The notes: generated by a model from the letters alone, not told the origin. A stretch of 17,675 nt of DNA from Okeania sp. (GCF_035285525.1 NZ_JAYKGW010000208.1:1-17675); one strand, 5' to 3'. Shown: positions 7,419-14,627, numbered from the stretch's first letter. Translations and numbers: made by a program.

Positions 7419-8753
7419 TCAAGAACTACTAAATGAAGTGCATTCTTTTTTGAAAGTGGTATAAGAAGTTAACCCCCCCCGCTCCTCCCCAAAAAAATCC
7501 TTAACTAAACTGTATTTATCTATAGACTTATCTATTTTTATTCCTCCTTCTTCCTTTTTGATTCTGCCTTCTTTTTTATGCAATAACTTGTCAATCAAAT
7601 CAACAATTCGAGGTAGTGCATCTAAGTCTAAGTTAAATAATTTAGATTGATTTTTATCAGCATTGCTTAGTTGTTTTACAACTGCTGAAATCAAATTTTT
7701 TGGATTTAATAAATCTGGATGAATAGTTTTAATTAAACCTAATTTATCCATAAATTCAGCACGAATTAACTGCTCTTTAACTGGCTTAACTCTTGGTACA
7801 ATAACTGCTGGTTTTTCTAAAGATAAAATTTCACAAATTGTATTATATCCACCCATAGAAACAATAGCATCAGCAGCATTAATATAACTTGTTAACTCAT
7901 CAGTAAATTCAATGAATTTCAGATGAGAATACTGTTTTGCTTTTCTATAAAGTGCTTGTTGTTTTTCCTGTGTCATTTCCGGACCAAAAGTAATTAAACT
8001 CCTAATTTTATACTCTTTTGGTAAATGATTTAATCCAGAAATATAATTATCAATTAAATGATAACCATCAGCACCACCCCCTGGAGTTACTAACACAAAC
8101 TGTTCCTCAGAATTAAGATTTAATTCTTGTCGTATTTCCTGCCTATTTTTTCCTTCAGCTCTACGACGAATATAGCCACAATGTTTGACTTTTCCTGAAA
8201 TTGTAGGCGGAAATTTATATTCTTTAATAATGTCAAATATTTCCTGCATACCCACTACCCAAACTTGGTCATAAAACAGTTCAATTCCTTCATAATATCC
8301 CTTAGTTTTCCATTCTGGGATTATTTTTTCAGGAGAATCAAGTATATCTCTAAGTAATAGCACCACTTTAGAAGAATAATCATAAATTTTAATTTGCTCC
8401 AAAGTATCTCTCAATTCTTCTTGCAAACCAAAAGGTTTTTTATCTACTAAAATAATATCTGGTTTGAAATTTATTGCTGTCACCTTAATTAAATCAGAAC
8501 GCAGTTTAAGCATTTCTTCTTTTTCCATTTCCAGATATTTAACAGCAAGTTCCCCAAGTTCATTTCTAGCAATACATGGAAGTTTAATATAATCAAGTCC
8601 TTTTGGCATCCGAAAACAATGTACCACTGGGGAACTACATACAAGCAATATTGATAATTTAGGAATTTCTTCTAGTAAATATTGGCAAATAGTTAGCATT
8701 CTGCTTATGTTTCCTAAACCATAAGTATCATGGGAATAAACCATTATTTTCAT
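7419..8753 (-). CDS. Glycosyltransferase, GT-B/GT28-C-terminal-like (COG4671-type predicted glycosyltransferase), with a low-complexity C-terminal extension
   Basis: 444-aa ORF. The N-terminus MKIMVYSHDTYGLGNISRMLTICQYL, then VTPGGGADG and SMGGYNTICEILS, resemble MurG/UDP-glycosyltransferase-type nucleotide-sugar binding motifs. The last ~55 aa (KKEGRIKKEEGGIKID...EERGGLTS...) are encoded by repeat-like, homopolymer-containing DNA. Confidence 0.8.
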   Translation of the reverse strand: MKIMVYSHDTYGLGNISRMLTICQYLLEEIPKLSILLVCSSPVVHCFRMPKGLDYIKLPCIARNELGELAVKYLEMEKEEMLKLRSDLIKVTAINFKPDIILVDKKPFGLQEELRDTLEQIKIYDYSSKVVLLLRDILDSPEKIIPEWKTKGYYEGIELFYDQVWVVGMQEIFDIIKEYKFPPTISGKVKHCGYIRRRAEGKNRQEIRQELNLNSEEQFVLVTPGGGADGYHLIDNYISGLNHLPKEYKIRSLITFGPEMTQEKQQALYRKAKQYSHLKFIEFTDELTSYINAADAIVSMGGYNTICEILSLEKPAVIVPRVKPVKEQLIRAEFMDKLGLIKTIHPDLLNPKNLISAVVKQLSNADKNQSKLFNLDLDALPRIVDLIDKLLHKKEGRIKKEEGGIKIDKSIDKYSLVKDFFGEERGGLTSYTTFKKECTSFSSS

Positions 8754-9089
8754 TGATACTTACCTCATTTTTGTGTTGAAGGTTGAATGCTTTTTTCCAA
8801 TTGTGACTTGATTTTATAAACATAACAATATTACTGGAAATAATATAATAGCCAACAAGGAGAAAAGTTCCATACAACCTCCCACAAAAATACTTTTTGA
8901 CCACAGCACTTATCCAACGATGCTCATTGTATAGCACTACGCATTTAGGATATTTATAAATACTAAAACTTAGTCAGGAATTACTTCTGAGTTTAGCTAT
9001 ACTGACAATTCTCTCCCAACTTTTGCCAAAAATCTCATAAAATATTTTGGGGGTATATCCAAGCTAAGTCCCCCAGGTTATTTGTTTAC

Positions 9090-9173
9090 AGGACTTACCC
9101 AAAGGTACTATATATACGGTGCCTTACTAAGTACGCTAACGCACCCTACCAATAGCTTTCATGCGTAAGTCCT
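9090..9173. repeat. 84-bp MITE-like element bounded by 12-bp terminal inverted repeats (AGGACTTACCCA / TGCGTAAGTCCT)
   Basis: The left arm (9090-9101) and the reverse complement of the right arm (9162-9173) match at 11 of 12 positions. The same terminal motif occurs at 5123-5134. The element has no coding capacity. Confidence 0.5.
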
Positions 9174-9201
9174 ATGTTTATTTAGTTAAAGAAAAATTTT
9201 T

Positions 9202-9396
9202 CTATTCAACAGTATGTCCAGCAGCAGTAATTACCTGCTTCATGGACTCTTCAGATGCTTTGGTTTCTACGGTAACTATCTTTTGCTCCATATCTACTTG
9301 GACATCAGCCCCAGAATCCTGATTTTTGATTGCTTTAGTAATAGTATCTGCACATCCATCGCAGACAATAGATGGAACTTTTAATTGCATTGCCAT
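9202..9396 (-). CDS. atx1: Atx1-type copper metallochaperone (heavy-metal-associated domain, CxxC)
   Basis: From the ATG at 9394-9396 the product is MAMQLKVPSIVCDGCADTITKAIKNQDSGADVQVDMEQKIVTVETKASEESMKQVITAAGHTVE. It is colinear with my recollection of Synechocystis Atx1 (MTIQLTVPTIACEACAEAVTKAVQNEDAQATVQVDL..KKVTI.S....E.L...I..AGHEVE). The 19 upstream codons of the listed ORF are probably not translated. Confidence 0.85.
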   Translation of the reverse strand: MAMQLKVPSIVCDGCADTITKAIKNQDSGADVQVDMEQKIVTVETKASEESMKQVITAAGHTVE

Positions 9397-9834
9397 ATTA
9401 AAAATTAGTAAGCTTATAACAACATTTTTAATGAGTATAACAGGATTTAGCACTTTCTGATATAAGAATTAAGAATTAGATAAAATGTGGATAATTACTA
9501 TATCCAAGTCATTTTCTTCTAACTCTTAACTACTCCCTACTCCCTACAAAGGGCAAAAAGACTTTTTTATTAATTAGAATCCCTGATGATATTTCAGGGA
9601 AACAATTACTCGAAAGAAAAATTATTAGGAACAGGTATAAATAAAGAGTGAATATTTAAACGATGACAAATATCGGTAGAGTGATAGATGAAATTTATAA
9701 TTTAGGGTTAACAAATTTATTTATAGAAGAGGATGGATAAATGAACTTGAATTTGATAGTTTCTTAAATAGAGCGATCGCCCCAATCAAATTAAAAGTCT
9801 GTCAAGAGGAAATTAAATAGTTTAGAAAATCCTG

Positions 9835-9864
9835 GAATTTGTGTAAGATAAAATTATTCTAATC
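9835..9864 (+). promoter_or_regulatory. Shared 30-nt box, copy 1 (GAATTTGTGTAAGATAAAATTATTCTAATC), 12 nt upstream of the DUF433-like start
   Basis: One of four exactly 30-nt copies; 25 of 30 positions are invariant across all four. It contains a TAnnAT -10-like hexamer. A promoter or operator role is inferred only. Confidence 0.45.
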
Positions 9865-9876
9865 TATCAAGGAAAT

Positions 9877-10105
9877 ATGTCATTTCAGAAGCAAATATTA
9901 TTACTATATAACCAGGAAAACCCAGTGGAAAACCCTGTATGAGAGGTATGAGAATAACTGTTGATGACCTACTTTCTTATCTAGCCACTGGAATGACTTA
10001 TGAAGAATTATTAAAAGATTTTCCCTATTTAAAAAACAGGATATTTTGGCTTGTCTAAACTATACTTCTGAACGAGAAAAACAAACTTTAATAGTAACTA
10101 AATGA
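9877..10105 (+). pseudogene. DUF433-family antitoxin-like gene, decayed (frame changes plus an in-frame TAA)
   Basis: The diagnostic stretch PGKPSGKPCMRGMRITVDDLLSYLATGMTYEELLKDFPYL is readable in one frame. The continuation KKQDILACLNYTSEREKQTLIVTK* is in another frame, with a shift at the A6 run near 10030. The ATG at 9877 is in a third frame, and a TAA immediately precedes the PGKP segment. Confidence 0.7.
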
Positions 10106-10170
10106 AACTTTTATTCGATCATAATTTATCCCCTCGTTTAGTTTCCCATTTAGCTGATATTTATCCATAG
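10102..10170 (+). pseudogene. DUF5615 (PIN-like/Mut7-C-like) toxin partner of DUF433, reduced to 22 codons by a premature TAG
   Basis: An ATGA start/stop overlap joins it to the DUF433 remnant. MKLLFDHNLSPRLVSHLADIYP* matches the conserved N-terminus of DUF5615 proteins as I recall it. No homology is recognisable after 10170. Confidence 0.6.
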
Positions 10171-10447
10171 TCTAGTCATCTTTCAAGGGGATGAAAAAAA
10201 ATTCAATTTAGTATTTTAAGCATAGGAAGTCAGCTAGAGATACTATTAACTGTTAGCGCAGCTCCGACCCAGGAGGGTAACTGACAAGTGAAATGACCTT
10301 CTCGGTATGATGATATTGTAGCCTTGAGTCAAGATGTCAGTAATTCAGTTTTAGTTCTATATTAAAAGAGAAAGTAAAGAAGTAAAAATGTCATTAAATT
10401 CAATATAAACTACAATTCTTGAAACTGCCAACGATTAAAATATCCTA

Positions 10448-10477
10448 GAATTTTTGTATCATAAAATTATCCTAGTC
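10448..10477 (+). promoter_or_regulatory. Shared 30-nt box, copy 2 (GAATTTTTGTATCATAAAATTATCCTAGTC), 11 nt upstream of the antitoxin-like ATG
   Basis: See copy 1. The -10-like hexamer here is TATCAT. Confidence 0.45.
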
Positions 10478-10488
10478 AAAAATAAACT

Positions 10489-10732
10489 ATGATGGAAACT
10501 CAAATTAATTTAACCCCACAAAACCAACAAGCTCTGATAGAAATTTGTCAGATTACAGGCAAATCTAAACAATAATTAATTACGTCTACTATTCAAGACC
10601 TAATTAAAAATTACCAACATAAAAAAACCCTTAGATTTAATGCAGCAAGCAAAAAGAATATGGCAAGATCGAGAAGATATTCCTAACTTAGAATAATTCA
10701 GAAAAGAATTTAATCGTGAGTGGGAAAAATGA
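10489..10732 (+). pseudogene. Antitoxin-like gene (putative RHH/VapB type) paired with the PIN toxin, decayed
   Basis: MMETQINLTPQNQQALIEICQITGKSKQ*, with the TAA at 10573-10575 where copy 2 has GAA. The frame then shifts at an A-run, after which PLDLMQQAKRIWQDREDIPNLE*FRKEFNREWEK* is readable. The terminal TGA overlaps the PIN ATG (ATGA). Confidence 0.65.
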
Positions 10733-10941
10733 ACCAAAAATTATTAATAGATACAGATGTTTTAATTGACTATTTGCGTTCCAACTCACAAGCTGTAAAC
10801 TTTCTAGAAAGTCTTACCCAATTACTATTCATTTCTAGTATGACTGTCGCTGAACTTTATACAGGAGTGCGCGAAGAAAAAGTAAAGAACCTCTTTAGTT
10901 CTATATTAAAAGAGAAAGTCAGGAAGTCAAAATGTCATTAA
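10729..10941 (+). pseudogene. PIN-domain (VapC-type) toxin truncated after ~55 codons by the duplication junction
   Basis: MNQKLLIDTDVLIDYLRSNSQAVNFLESL..LFISSMTVAELYTGVREEK is a typical PIN N-terminal half containing the first acidic residues. From 10894 the frame reads into the repeated segment and stops at 10941. Full-length VapC proteins are roughly 130 aa. Confidence 0.75.
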
Positions 10942-10991
10942 ATTTAACAGAAACTACAATCTTTGAAGCTGCCAACTATTAGAAAATCCTG

Positions 10992-11021
10992 GAATTTTTG
11001 TATAATAAAATTATCCTAATC
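10992..11021 (+). promoter_or_regulatory. Shared 30-nt box, copy 3 (GAATTTTTGTATAATAAAATTATCCTAATC)
   Basis: See copy 1. This copy has a perfect TATAAT hexamer and lies 14 nt upstream of the ATG at 11036. Confidence 0.45.
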
Positions 11022-11035
11022 AAAAATAAATTGTG

Positions 11036-11152
11036 ATGGAAACTAAAATTAATTTAACCCAACAAAATCAACAATATCTGATAGAAATTTGTCACATTAC
11101 AGGCAAATCTCAACAAGAATTAATTACGTCTCTTCAGCTAAAGGGAGAGTGA
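11036..11152 (+). pseudogene. Second, truncated copy of the RHH-like antitoxin gene (38 codons)
   Basis: METKINLTQQNQQYLIEICHITGKSQQELITS matches copy 1. The sequence then diverges and stops (LQLKGE*). No toxin gene follows. Confidence 0.6.
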
Positions 11153-11288
11153 CTGCTCGACTTTGACAATTTAACTGTCCAAAAAGAATAGAAGAACATC
11201 AATTATTAATTGAAAAAGATGAGATGCTAACTCTTGAGCAACAGAACATCTAGAACTATGCAATTATAAAATCTGCGGTTATTCAGAT

Positions 11289-11318
11289 GAATTTGTGTAA
11301 AATAAAATTATCCTAATC
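11289..11318 (+). promoter_or_regulatory. Shared 30-nt box, copy 4 (GAATTTGTGTAAAATAAAATTATCCTAATC), 25 nt upstream of the MazE-like ATG
   Basis: See copy 1. The -10-like hexamer here is TAAAAT. Confidence 0.45.
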
Positions 11319-11343
11319 CTGAATTAAAAATGAGAGAGGCAAA

Positions 11344-11610
11344 ATGTCATTAAATTCAACAGAATCCAAAATCCTGGAAACAGCCAAATAAAAGTTAGTA
11401 AATCTTTCTCCAGAACAACTACAAATAGCCCTATATTTCTTGACTTACCTCCAAGAAAAAGATTAAACAGATTCCCGTTATTTAATAAAATTACCATTAG
11501 AAAAAAGACGAGAAATTTTAGCAAAGCAAGCCGAAAAAATGTTATAATATTATCAGCAAGACAGAGAATGACAAGAATTAGAAACCTGGGATGAATTAGA
11601 TCAGCAATAA
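11344..11610 (+). pseudogene. MazE-like antitoxin gene: 89 codons in a single frame, interrupted by four in-frame stops
   Basis: MSLNSTESKILETAK*KLVNLSPEQLQIALYFLTYLQEKD*TDSRYLIKLPLEKRREILAKQAEKML*YYQQDRE*QELETWDELDQQ*. The internal stops are at codons 16, 41 and 68 (TAA) and codon 76 (TGA). There is no frameshift. The gene overlaps the toxin start by 20 nt. Confidence 0.65.
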
Positions 11611-11962
11611 TAATTTACCCAAATGGGGAGAAATTTGGTTAACAAATTTTGACCCAACAGTTGGAGCAGAAACTAAAAAAATTCGTCCGACTATTATTAT
11701 TAGTTCTGATGGTATTGACAGATTACCAATTAAATTAATTGCACCGATAACTGATTGGAAAAATTCTTTGGAAAATGATAGTTGGCATATTAAAATAGAA
11801 CCAAATTTAGCAAATAATCTAACCAAGGTTTCTACTGTCGATATATTGCAAATCAGAGGAATAGATTTGCAAAAATTAGTCAAAAAAATTGATATTTGTT
11901 CAGGTAAAATTATGAAGAAAATATCGATAGGTATTGCTTTATTGGTAGAATATGATAGTTAA
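11591..11962 (+). pseudogene. PemK/MazF-family toxin gene: 124 codons, open except for a TAG at codon 3
   Basis: MN*ISNNNLPKWGEIWLTNFDPTVGAETKKIRPTIIISSDGIDRLPIKLIAPITDWK...WHIKIEP...VSTVDILQIRGIDL matches the PemK/MazF pattern (GEIW..N.DPT.G.E..K.RP..I.S.D). The ORF track reports only the internal-Met fragment 11768-11962. The minus-strand ORF 11596-11883 is antisense to it. Confidence 0.7.
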
Positions 11963-11994
11963 ATTTTACCTAAGATATTTCTAGTATTTTGTAG

Positions 11995-12021
11995 GTTGGG
12001 TTTACCTGAAGGAAACCCAAC
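11995..12021. other. 9-bp stem-loop (GTTGGGTTT-N9-AAACCCAAC) just downstream of the MazF-like gene
   Basis: The arms are perfectly complementary (11995-12003 and 12013-12021). No U-run follows, so it is not a convincing intrinsic terminator. TAGGTTGGG also occurs at 4064-4072, which suggests a dispersed-repeat family. Confidence 0.4.
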
Positions 12022-12404
12022 AATCAGCTTCTATCTCTAGCAGAAAGTTTTGACCTAAAATCAAAAGTATTAGGAAAAAGAAGCGATCGCCTTTTTCACA
12101 GAATAATTATAGTATAGAGTTTTAGACTCTCCTGGTTTCGCAACAGAACATTAACTCTCAATTAATTATAACTAAAAACAGAATTGAAATATCGCCCCCT
12201 TTGGCAGAATTTAACAGAAGTAATAGAAAAACCAGATGTTAACTCTTGAGCAACACAAAATCCAAAACTATGCAATTATAAAATCTCCAGTTATGGGAAT
12301 GAAGAAGATAAATTTTATGAACAAATTATCTTGCCTCAATCCCTATCTGCTGAGTTAGTTAGCAACTCAATATTCCTTGCGTAAATCCTATTTTTTATTC
12401 AACT

Positions 12405-13391
12405 TCAACTATAAAGATTAGCAACATATTCTCCATAACCATTGTAAAGTAAAGTCGGGCGTTTTTCCCAAGACCAATTATTACCTTCAGCAACAATTCT
12501 TTCAGTTGCTTGTGACCATCGAGGATGAGGAACTTCAGGATTAACATTAGCTTCAAAACCATATTCATTAGGTATCAAAGTATTCCAAAAAGTTGCAGGT
12601 CTTTTCTCTACAAACTCAATTTTTACTATTGATTTTGCACCCTTAAAACCATACTTCCAAGGAATAACCTGTCTTAGAGGCGCACCATTTTGTTTTGGCA
12701 ATAATTTACCATACATTCCCATCGCAAAAAAAGCTAATTCATTAGCCATTTCATCTATTCTTAAACCTTCTGTATAAGGCCAAGGATAACCATTCGCCCA
12801 AAAACCAGGACCTTTAGTAATTTTAGGGTCATAAAAAGATGTAAAACGAACATATTTAGCTTTAGATGTTGGTTCTACATCTGCCATTAATAACTTCATG
12901 GGAAAACCAAGCCAAGGTACTACCATCGCCCATGCTTCAACACAACGAAACCGATATACTCTTTCCTCTAAAGGAAACTTTTTTTGTAGTTCATCTATGT
13001 CATAAATACGAGAATTTTTCACCAAACCTGTAACTTCAACTTGCCAATTTTCAGTTGGTAAAGCTTGAGCATTTTCCCAAATAGATTTAGTACCGCCAAA
13101 CTCATAGAAATTGTTATATTTTGTGGCTAGTATTTCATCAGTTATTGGCCGGTCAACTTGAGCAAAATTAGGATTAGGTGTAAATTTATCAATAGTTGGT
13201 AAAGTTACTGCATTAGAAATTAAAGATGTTTTTGAATCCTGAGCACAACTGGTCAGAGAAGATAAAGCAGTAGCACTCAAACCAGCACCAATTAAATTTT
13301 TCATAAACCGACGGCGGTTTAAATAAACGTTTTCTGAAGTAATTTCTCTTTCAGGAATTTCCCAAAATTTTTTGATTCGGATTAGTAGCAT
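12405..13391 (-). CDS. msrP: Protein-methionine-sulfoxide reductase catalytic subunit MsrP (YedY; periplasmic molybdopterin enzyme)
   Basis: The 328-aa product has a twin-arginine signal (NRRRFMKNLIGAGLSA). It is colinear with my recollection of E. coli MsrP: YNNFYEFG, PLEERVYRFRCVEAWAMVVPWLGFP, YPWPYTEGLR.DE, NGAPLR.V.PWKYGFKG.KSIV, EYGF.ANVNP.V.HPRWSQATER, PTLL.NGY. Confidence 0.92.
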   Translation of the reverse strand: MLLIRIKKFWEIPEREITSENVYLNRRRFMKNLIGAGLSATALSSLTSCAQDSKTSLISNAVTLPTIDKFTPNPNFAQVDRPITDEILATKYNNFYEFGGTKSIWENAQALPTENWQVEVTGLVKNSRIYDIDELQKKFPLEERVYRFRCVEAWAMVVPWLGFPMKLLMADVEPTSKAKYVRFTSFYDPKITKGPGFWANGYPWPYTEGLRIDEMANELAFFAMGMYGKLLPKQNGAPLRQVIPWKYGFKGAKSIVKIEFVEKRPATFWNTLIPNEYGFEANVNPEVPHPRWSQATERIVAEGNNWSWEKRPTLLYNGYGEYVANLYS

Positions 13392-14018
13392 AATTAATTG
13401 TTATTATAAAGTCAACATTTAGCTATCAGCTATTGTTTTTGGTATTAGATTTAAAGCCTTCCTTTAATACTATACTTTATAAACATCTCTACTTGACATA
13501 AAATTTGATAATAGATATTTTTAAAAGCAGAATTTTATTGTTGAATGCGCAGTTACAACCCAGAAAGCTAGCTGAGGTGCTAATAGCTGAATGCTTAGAT
13601 TATAAAGTTAAACTGGAATATCAAAAAATGATCTATTTTTTACCGACATAATTAAACAATTAAATAATTCGCGCTTTGAAGCCTCCCCTTGGATAGGGAA
13701 AAAAAATAAATCTTTTCCTTAAGCGCCAATCCTCTCACTTTTAGGGAGAGGTAATTATCCATTATCCATTATTAATTAATGACCTAGTTTACAATAAAAT
13801 AGAAATTTTTTACTGTCAGTAAAGGTAAGCATTTAGTCGTCAGTAATCAGCAAATATTCTAGGTCAGATGGGAGAAAAAGTTTTATTTATATTCTTTAAT
13901 AAAAGAATATGCAAAATTTAATCTTACTACAAAAGTTCAAAAATTGGCTTGATCTTCGTCAAAGATGAGGTTTTATTACTAAAAAAAATCTGGTTCAAAG
14001 CCTTCCCTTTTAAGAGGA

Positions 14019-14104
14019 TGAAAAAGCGGTCGTTTCGGCGCTTGAGCCGACATGAAAAGTGGAGCTTCCCGGAGGGTGAAATGGATAGATTCCCTAACCA
14101 TATC
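14019..14104. other. Locally GC-rich patch with a closed multi-stem fold; candidate structured RNA, strand and class unknown
   Basis: The closing pair is GGTCG (14019-14023) with CGACC (14100-14104). Inner hairpins are TCGGC/GCCGA (14026-14030 with 14037-14041) and TGGATA/TATCCA (14073-14078 with 14092-14097). The patch lies in a 1.2-kb region with no credible ORF. I cannot match it to any riboswitch or sRNA family I know. Confidence 0.25.
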
Positions 14105-14627
14105 CAATCGACCAAGAGAAATATTTAACTTCAGTATTTCAAGCCTCCAAGTTTAGTCAGAAGTTCACTCTCTACTGATAATTGATAACTGAAATAACTG
14201 TTTGCGCAACATTCCGCAGGAAATGCTTAAAAATTTTCAAAATACATAAAAAACCATAAAATTCCTATCCCTGTTCTCTGTCACCTAATTTTTATAATTT
14301 TTATTCACAACCACAATCTAACTCTTGATTTAATTATTACTCTGCTGATTAAATTTTAAACTCTCTATAAATAACAGTAAGTGCCTTTTTAGGTCAGAAA
14401 AAACTATCTGGTTTTCAGCTTTTAATGCAAGGTTCCCGAAAAATCAACAAGTTACCATTTTAGGCACATCTTTGGGCAAAAAAAATTACTCCCCTACTCC
14501 TCTACTCCTCTACTCCTAAAAAAAGACTTTTTCAGTAAACCTTAATCAACAATTTCATAACAAATATTTGTACTTAAAATCTAAAAAACATTATCATAGA
14601 AAAAAATATGCTAATTGATTGCTGATT

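Larger units (their letters stand above)
10350..11131 (+). repeat. Tandem duplication with a 544-bp period: 10350-10587 is repeated at 10894-11131
   Basis: The two ~238-bp segments align base for base by eye, with scattered substitutions and no obvious indels. Each contains an MSLN... ORF remnant, the 30-nt box, and the 5' part of the antitoxin-like ORF. Confidence 0.85.

Noticed and set aside
8728-8937. 69-aa minus-strand ORF upstream of the glycosyltransferase
   Set aside because: It overlaps the glycosyltransferase start and has no recognisable motif. Its composition is typical of AT-rich intergenic DNA.
9109-9121. Possible NtcA site (GTA-N8-TAC) at GTACTATATATAC
   Set aside because: The spacing is N7, not N8. 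The sequence also lies inside the MITE-like element rather than at a sensible distance from a -10 box.
10170-10350. GC-richer stretch (about 10250-10320) that might be a gene fragment or RNA
   Set aside because: I translated all six frames by eye and could not match any to a known family. There is no convincing fold either. It is probably a remnant of the deleted DUF5615 region or of another cassette.
11324-11883. Minus-strand ORFs 11324-11524 and 11596-11883
   Set aside because: They are antisense to the MazE-like and MazF-like reading frames, which have clear family similarity. Their products are hydrophobic and low-complexity, as expected from antisense AT-rich sequence.
14060-14085. Cobalamin-riboswitch-like GGTGAAAT segment
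   Set aside because: There is only a short resemblance to the GGUGAAA core. The conserved B12 box (GCCACUG) and the surrounding consensus are absent on both strands.
13927-14115. 62-aa minus-strand ORF over the GC-rich patch
   Set aside because: It has no family resemblance or ribosome-binding context. The local GC enrichment is at least as well explained by RNA structure. It is left unresolved, not called as a CDS.
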